Shown: one piece after another, positions 23,773 to 26,445 of the stretch
Numbering within the stretch: the first letter of the stretch is position 1
Layout: each line of letters starts with the position of its first letter
Origin: a virus
Taxonomy: Duplodnaviria; Caudoviricetes
Direction: 5' to 3' (one strand)
Length of the DNA: 26,445 bases
IMG/VR virus record: IMGVR_UViG_3300007549_000023
Coordinates: 1 to 26,445 of that record
The notes under the pieces: generated by a model
The model's input: only the letters and a program-made list of their open reading frames with translations
Databases searched by the model: none
Told to the model about the DNA's origin: nothing
Program-made: the position numbers and the translations under genes

Positions 23773-24392
23773 TATCTTTTACGCAATTTTCCAATTACGT
23801 GCTTAACAGCTCCACCAAGGGTGTCATTTGGCAACTTTGTCTTTGTCCGAGTCTTTTTACTTGAAGTTACTGCAGGTGCGGCTTTACTTGCGGGAGCACT
23901 AGGCTCTGAATCCCAAAGTGACTTTGCTGGCTGTGCTGCACGTGCATCATTTGCAGCCTTAGTTCGTCCTGCAGGTGTCTGCATAAACGCTTCGTGTTCG
24001 GCCTTTACGTAATGATGTTTGCGGGCGTTGTACCCAATGCGTTCTGCAGATAACAACCCACCAAACTCTTTTGTTCCATTTGCTTTATGAATGTTTAGTC
24101 CGTGACGAATGTCTGTGCGAACATCGTTCACAGTGCGATGTCCTCCGTGGTTACTAGCCATGTCTGAGTCATGGCCTGTTCCTTGATGATGACCCATATC
24201 TGACTTTCCAGTACTTACTGGGTGATTTTTTAAATAGTCATTTTCACGCGCTAGGTACTGTGGGTTGTCGCTGTATCCCTTGCTAGTATCGCTAATGCCG
24301 TTCTTCATATCTGCAGCGTCGTAACCAACTTTTCTTCCCCTGTGGTCGTATGCGCCACCTACTTTAAATCTACCGTTTTCATCGTATGTCAT
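23772..24392 (-). CDS. His/Gly/Lys-rich hypothetical protein
   Basis: 206 aa; TAATG coupling on both sides. Confidence 0.75.
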   Translation of the reverse strand: MTYDENGRFKVGGAYDHRGRKVGYDAADMKNGISDTSKGYSDNPQYLARENDYLKNHPVSTGKSDMGHHQGTGHDSDMASNHGGHRTVNDVRTDIRHGLNIHKANGTKEFGGLLSAERIGYNARKHHYVKAEHEAFMQTPAGRTKAANDARAAQPAKSLWDSEPSAPASKAAPAVTSSKKTRTKTKLPNDTLGGAVKHVIGKLRKR

Positions 24393-24661
24393 TATTTTTT
24401 CTTCTTTCTGTGTTGGTTACCTTTTGCGATGTTCTTAGAAGCATCCATTACCTGGAGGTTCTTCTTTCCTTCGTTGTGCTTGTTATTGTCTTTGTGGTCA
24501 ACGTGCTTGCTCTTAGGAAGCTTCTTGCCTAATTCTTTTTCTTTCTCATAACGAGCTGCGTTAGTAGATTTGAACTTCTTCGTTACTGTGTTGTAGATAG
24601 TCATCTTCTTGCGACCACCCTTGGACTTATCTTCGTAAGGGCCGTAAACTTTGACTGTCAT
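24392..24661 (-). CDS. Small HNH-like protein
   Basis: ARYEKEKELGKKL...HVDHKDNNKHN...NLQVM...N. Confidence 0.75.
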   Translation of the reverse strand: MTVKVYGPYEDKSKGGRKKMTIYNTVTKKFKSTNAARYEKEKELGKKLPKSKHVDHKDNNKHNEGKKNLQVMDASKNIAKGNQHRKKKK

Positions 24662-24750
24662 TGGTCTACCTTATATGCGCAAATGCATTTACAAGTGTCT
24701 ACTGTGCAGACACCCAATTCCATCTCGTGGTCACACTTAACACAGGTCAT
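24658..24750 (-). CDS. 30-aa Cys-rich microprotein (missing from ORF track; alternative start 24756)
   Basis: MTCVKCDHEMELGVCTVDTCKCICAYKVDQ; stop in ATGA overlap with the next gene; TACACT hexamer 6 nt before ATG. Confidence 0.7.
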   Translation of the reverse strand: MTCVKCDHEMELGVCTVDTCKCICAYKVDQ

Positions 24751-24773
24751 GGTCATAGTGTATGGTGTCTCCT

Positions 24774-25148
24774 ATGCCATTTAAGGATAAAGTCCAGCAA
24801 AGAGAAGCCTCTCGCAGACATTACTTTAAGAACGCACCTGCCATCAAAGAAAAAACGGCGGAGAATAATCGCCTCATAAGACGGCGTAATAAATCTTACA
24901 TTGATGGCGTTAAGGGCACGAACCCTTGCGCCGATTGCGGTATCTCGTATCCACCTTACGTGATGCAGTTTGACCACATCGTTGATGGCAAACGAGGCAA
25001 CGTGGCTGATATGGCACGCTCTGGGTTCTCCATTGAGAACCTTCAGGCTGAGATAGACAAGTGCGAGCTCGTGTGCGCAAACTGCCACGCTGAAAGAACG
25101 CACGGATACAAAGACGAGTTAGAAGAAGACTTTCCTAACGAGGCTTAA
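24774..25148 (+). CDS. HNH endonuclease with zinc-binding Cys pairs (alternative start 24762)
   Basis: CADC...MQFDH...EIDKCELVCANCHAERT. Confidence 0.88.
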   Translation: MPFKDKVQQREASRRHYFKNAPAIKEKTAENNRLIRRRNKSYIDGVKGTNPCADCGISYPPYVMQFDHIVDGKRGNVADMARSGFSIENLQAEIDKCELVCANCHAERTHGYKDELEEDFPNEA

Positions 25149-25167
25149 CGCCGAGGACGCTTTTTTC

Positions 25168-25659
25168 TCAGCGACCGCTTTTTAACTCATCCACTAAGGA
25201 AGCCCAAGTAGTCAGGTGCTTCCTATCAATCTTATAGAAGGTCTCGGTGATCTTGCGATACGGGTCTTGCGTTGTGTGCTTGAACCAATGTTCCTTAGTG
25301 TTGGAGTGAACAACCAACATATTGCCTGACTTCTGACTGACCATCACATATGCGTAGGGCTTGACCTCTTTGGCTTCGTAACCAGAGTAGGTATCTACAT
25401 AAAGATTAGATTGCCAGAATACAGATGGGTCCTCTGAGAAACCTAAGTTACGCGACTTAACCTCTAGAACTAAACCGTTATCTAGAATGATGTCTTTCTC
25501 TTCTTTTGTTAGGCGCCTGATATCAGCGTCCGAGGTGACAAGTTCTAACTCAGGGACGGTACAACCAATACCTTCTGCACGAAGACGCTGCGCAACTAGT
25601 TCATTGAAGGTATGGCCTTCCGTCATAGCTGCGTGGTAATCAAACTCTACGAGGCCCAC
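25168..25659 (-). CDS. PD-(D/E)XK nuclease-fold protein
   Basis: KDIIL...LEVKSR catalytic pattern; N-terminal EG..FNE helix. Confidence 0.7.
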   Translation of the reverse strand: MGLVEFDYHAAMTEGHTFNELVAQRLRAEGIGCTVPELELVTSDADIRRLTKEEKDIILDNGLVLEVKSRNLGFSEDPSVFWQSNLYVDTYSGYEAKEVKPYAYVMVSQKSGNMLVVHSNTKEHWFKHTTQDPYRKITETFYKIDRKHLTTWASLVDELKSGR

Positions 25660-25841
25660 AACTCTTCCTCCAGACGTAACGCTGCCTCAACGGTAGCAGG
25701 GTCTGGCTTTGGCTTTACCTTTGGCTTAGTTGTATTTGAGAGCGGTTCATGGTGCCAATCATCTTTCTCTTTATAATGATTGAACTGTTGTTTTCGGTTC
25801 TCGTGCAGCTTCGTATATTCTTTAGCGTACTTGTCATCCAT
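25647..25841 (-). CDS. Small hypothetical protein (start 25841 or 25853)
   Basis: GAGG upstream of ATG 25841; fills the gap. Confidence 0.6.
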   Translation of the reverse strand: MDDKYAKEYTKLHENRKQQFNHYKEKDDWHHEPLSNTTKPKVKPKPDPATVEAALRLEEELWAS

Positions 25842-25842
25842 T

Positions 25843-26055
25843 TTATTCCTCATCCCTTCTCCAGTGGATAAATGATTTCACATAAACTGCGGCGTAGGCA
25901 ATAGCGGAAAAGATAAAGCCGTATTGCTTTGTTATCACTGCGTAGGTAATCCATAGCACTTCATTGGCGCAGAGTATTAGCCAACCCCAAATAGTCTTGC
26001 GGCCTACGAAGTAGATGCCTGCTACTCCGATTACTGCTAATACCCAGGACCACAT
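25843..26055 (-). CDS. Small multi-TM membrane protein (PnuC-like half)
   Basis: Three hydrophobic stretches; GRK..WGW...NEVLWI.Y pattern. Confidence 0.7.
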   Translation of the reverse strand: MWSWVLAVIGVAGIYFVGRKTIWGWLILCANEVLWITYAVITKQYGFIFSAIAYAAVYVKSFIHWRRDEE

Positions 26056-26195
26056 TACTTGAAGTCCTTCTTAGTCCAAACCTCAACGTAGAAATACCAG
26101 TGCACTAACTCAAGGCAGATACTCTTATCATAATTGCAGTAGAAGAGACCGATGCCCCAACTATCCCACTTACCCCATCCGAACTTGAGCTTCAT
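26055..26195 (-). CDS. 46-aa aromatic-rich microprotein (missing from ORF track)
   Basis: MKLKFGWGKWDSWGIGLFYCNYDKSICLELVHWYFYVEVWTKKDFK; TAATG coupling at both ends. Confidence 0.8.
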   Translation of the reverse strand: MKLKFGWGKWDSWGIGLFYCNYDKSICLELVHWYFYVEVWTKKDFK

Positions 26196-26380
26196 TAAGC
26201 AATTGCTCCCTTTGCCTTTAACTTGTCATAGATATTTGACATCATAAAACCAAGGCTTGGTTGTGATTGCTCAATCTGAGACTTTAGTGCTGCTTCATCT
26301 AATCCGGCCTTTATGCCTAACGCTAAGTTATCTGCATTAATGCTTTCCATCATTATGTCTATTGCTTCATCTTTTGTCAT
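26195..26380 (-). CDS. Small helical hypothetical protein
   Basis: AAGGAG RBS; 61 aa. Confidence 0.75.
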   Translation of the reverse strand: MTKDEAIDIMMESINADNLALGIKAGLDEAALKSQIEQSQPSLGFMMSNIYDKLKAKGAIA

Positions 26381-26445
26381 TCTTGCTCTCCTTTGATTTG
26401 TGGTTTTTAAAATGTTCTGCGGCTTGGTCTTCGCGGTATGTGCCG
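26367..26445 (-). CDS. 3' end of a gene starting beyond the window
   Basis: Frame ...GTYREDQAAEHFKNHKSKESKNDKR* overlaps the next start. Confidence 0.4.
   Translation of the reverse strand, partial: GTYREDQAAEHFKNHKSKESKNDKR

Noticed and set aside
24662-24760. Non-coding RNA or leaderless promoter (TAAGGT) in the apparent gap, with hairpin GTGTCT...AGACAC
   Set aside because: The gap is filled by the Cys-rich ORF whose stop overlaps the next ATG; the hairpin is short and inside that ORF
24753-25103. Minus-strand 116-aa ORF
   Set aside because: Antisense to a clear HNH endonuclease
25149-25167. Terminator after the plus-strand HNH (T-run at 25161-25166)
   Set aside because: No convincing stem before the T-run
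1-26445. tRNA genes, integrase/att sites, stop-codon reassignment
   Set aside because: No cloverleaf-sized gap with T-loop motif noticed, no recombinase, and genes are intact under code 11 with TAA, TAG and TGA all used as stops

Overview
A segment of a tailed dsDNA phage genome (Caudoviricetes), almost entirely coded on the minus strand. The host is probably a lower-GC, freshwater-type actinobacterium; this is inferred from actinobacterial-type small proteins, a PASTA-like protein and leaderless promoters. In transcription order (right to left) it holds: small accessory genes with a PD-(D/E)XK nuclease and two HNH-type proteins; a CHAP+PGBD endolysin; an HslV/proteasome-beta-like Ntn protease; several small membrane and zinc-binding proteins; an 814-aa secreted PA14-FN3-stalk protein coupled to a 2-TM microprotein; a split-PASTA protein; and a KTSC protein. 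Then come the large terminase, portal, scaffold, N4-gp56-type major capsid protein, a head-tail-adaptor-like protein, and repeat-rich fibre proteins. The window ends in a truncated FN3 protein with a pure Pro/Phe tract. Eight CDS missing from the ORF track were recovered by hand. Best leads: the (P)PFF polymer, the stalked surface lectin system, hairpins carrying anti-Shine-Dalgarno sequences after the capsid gene, fixed-spacing leaderless and divergent promoters, and a CCCACA-N4-TGTGGG palindrome at the packaging genes. All family calls are by eye; no database search was run.
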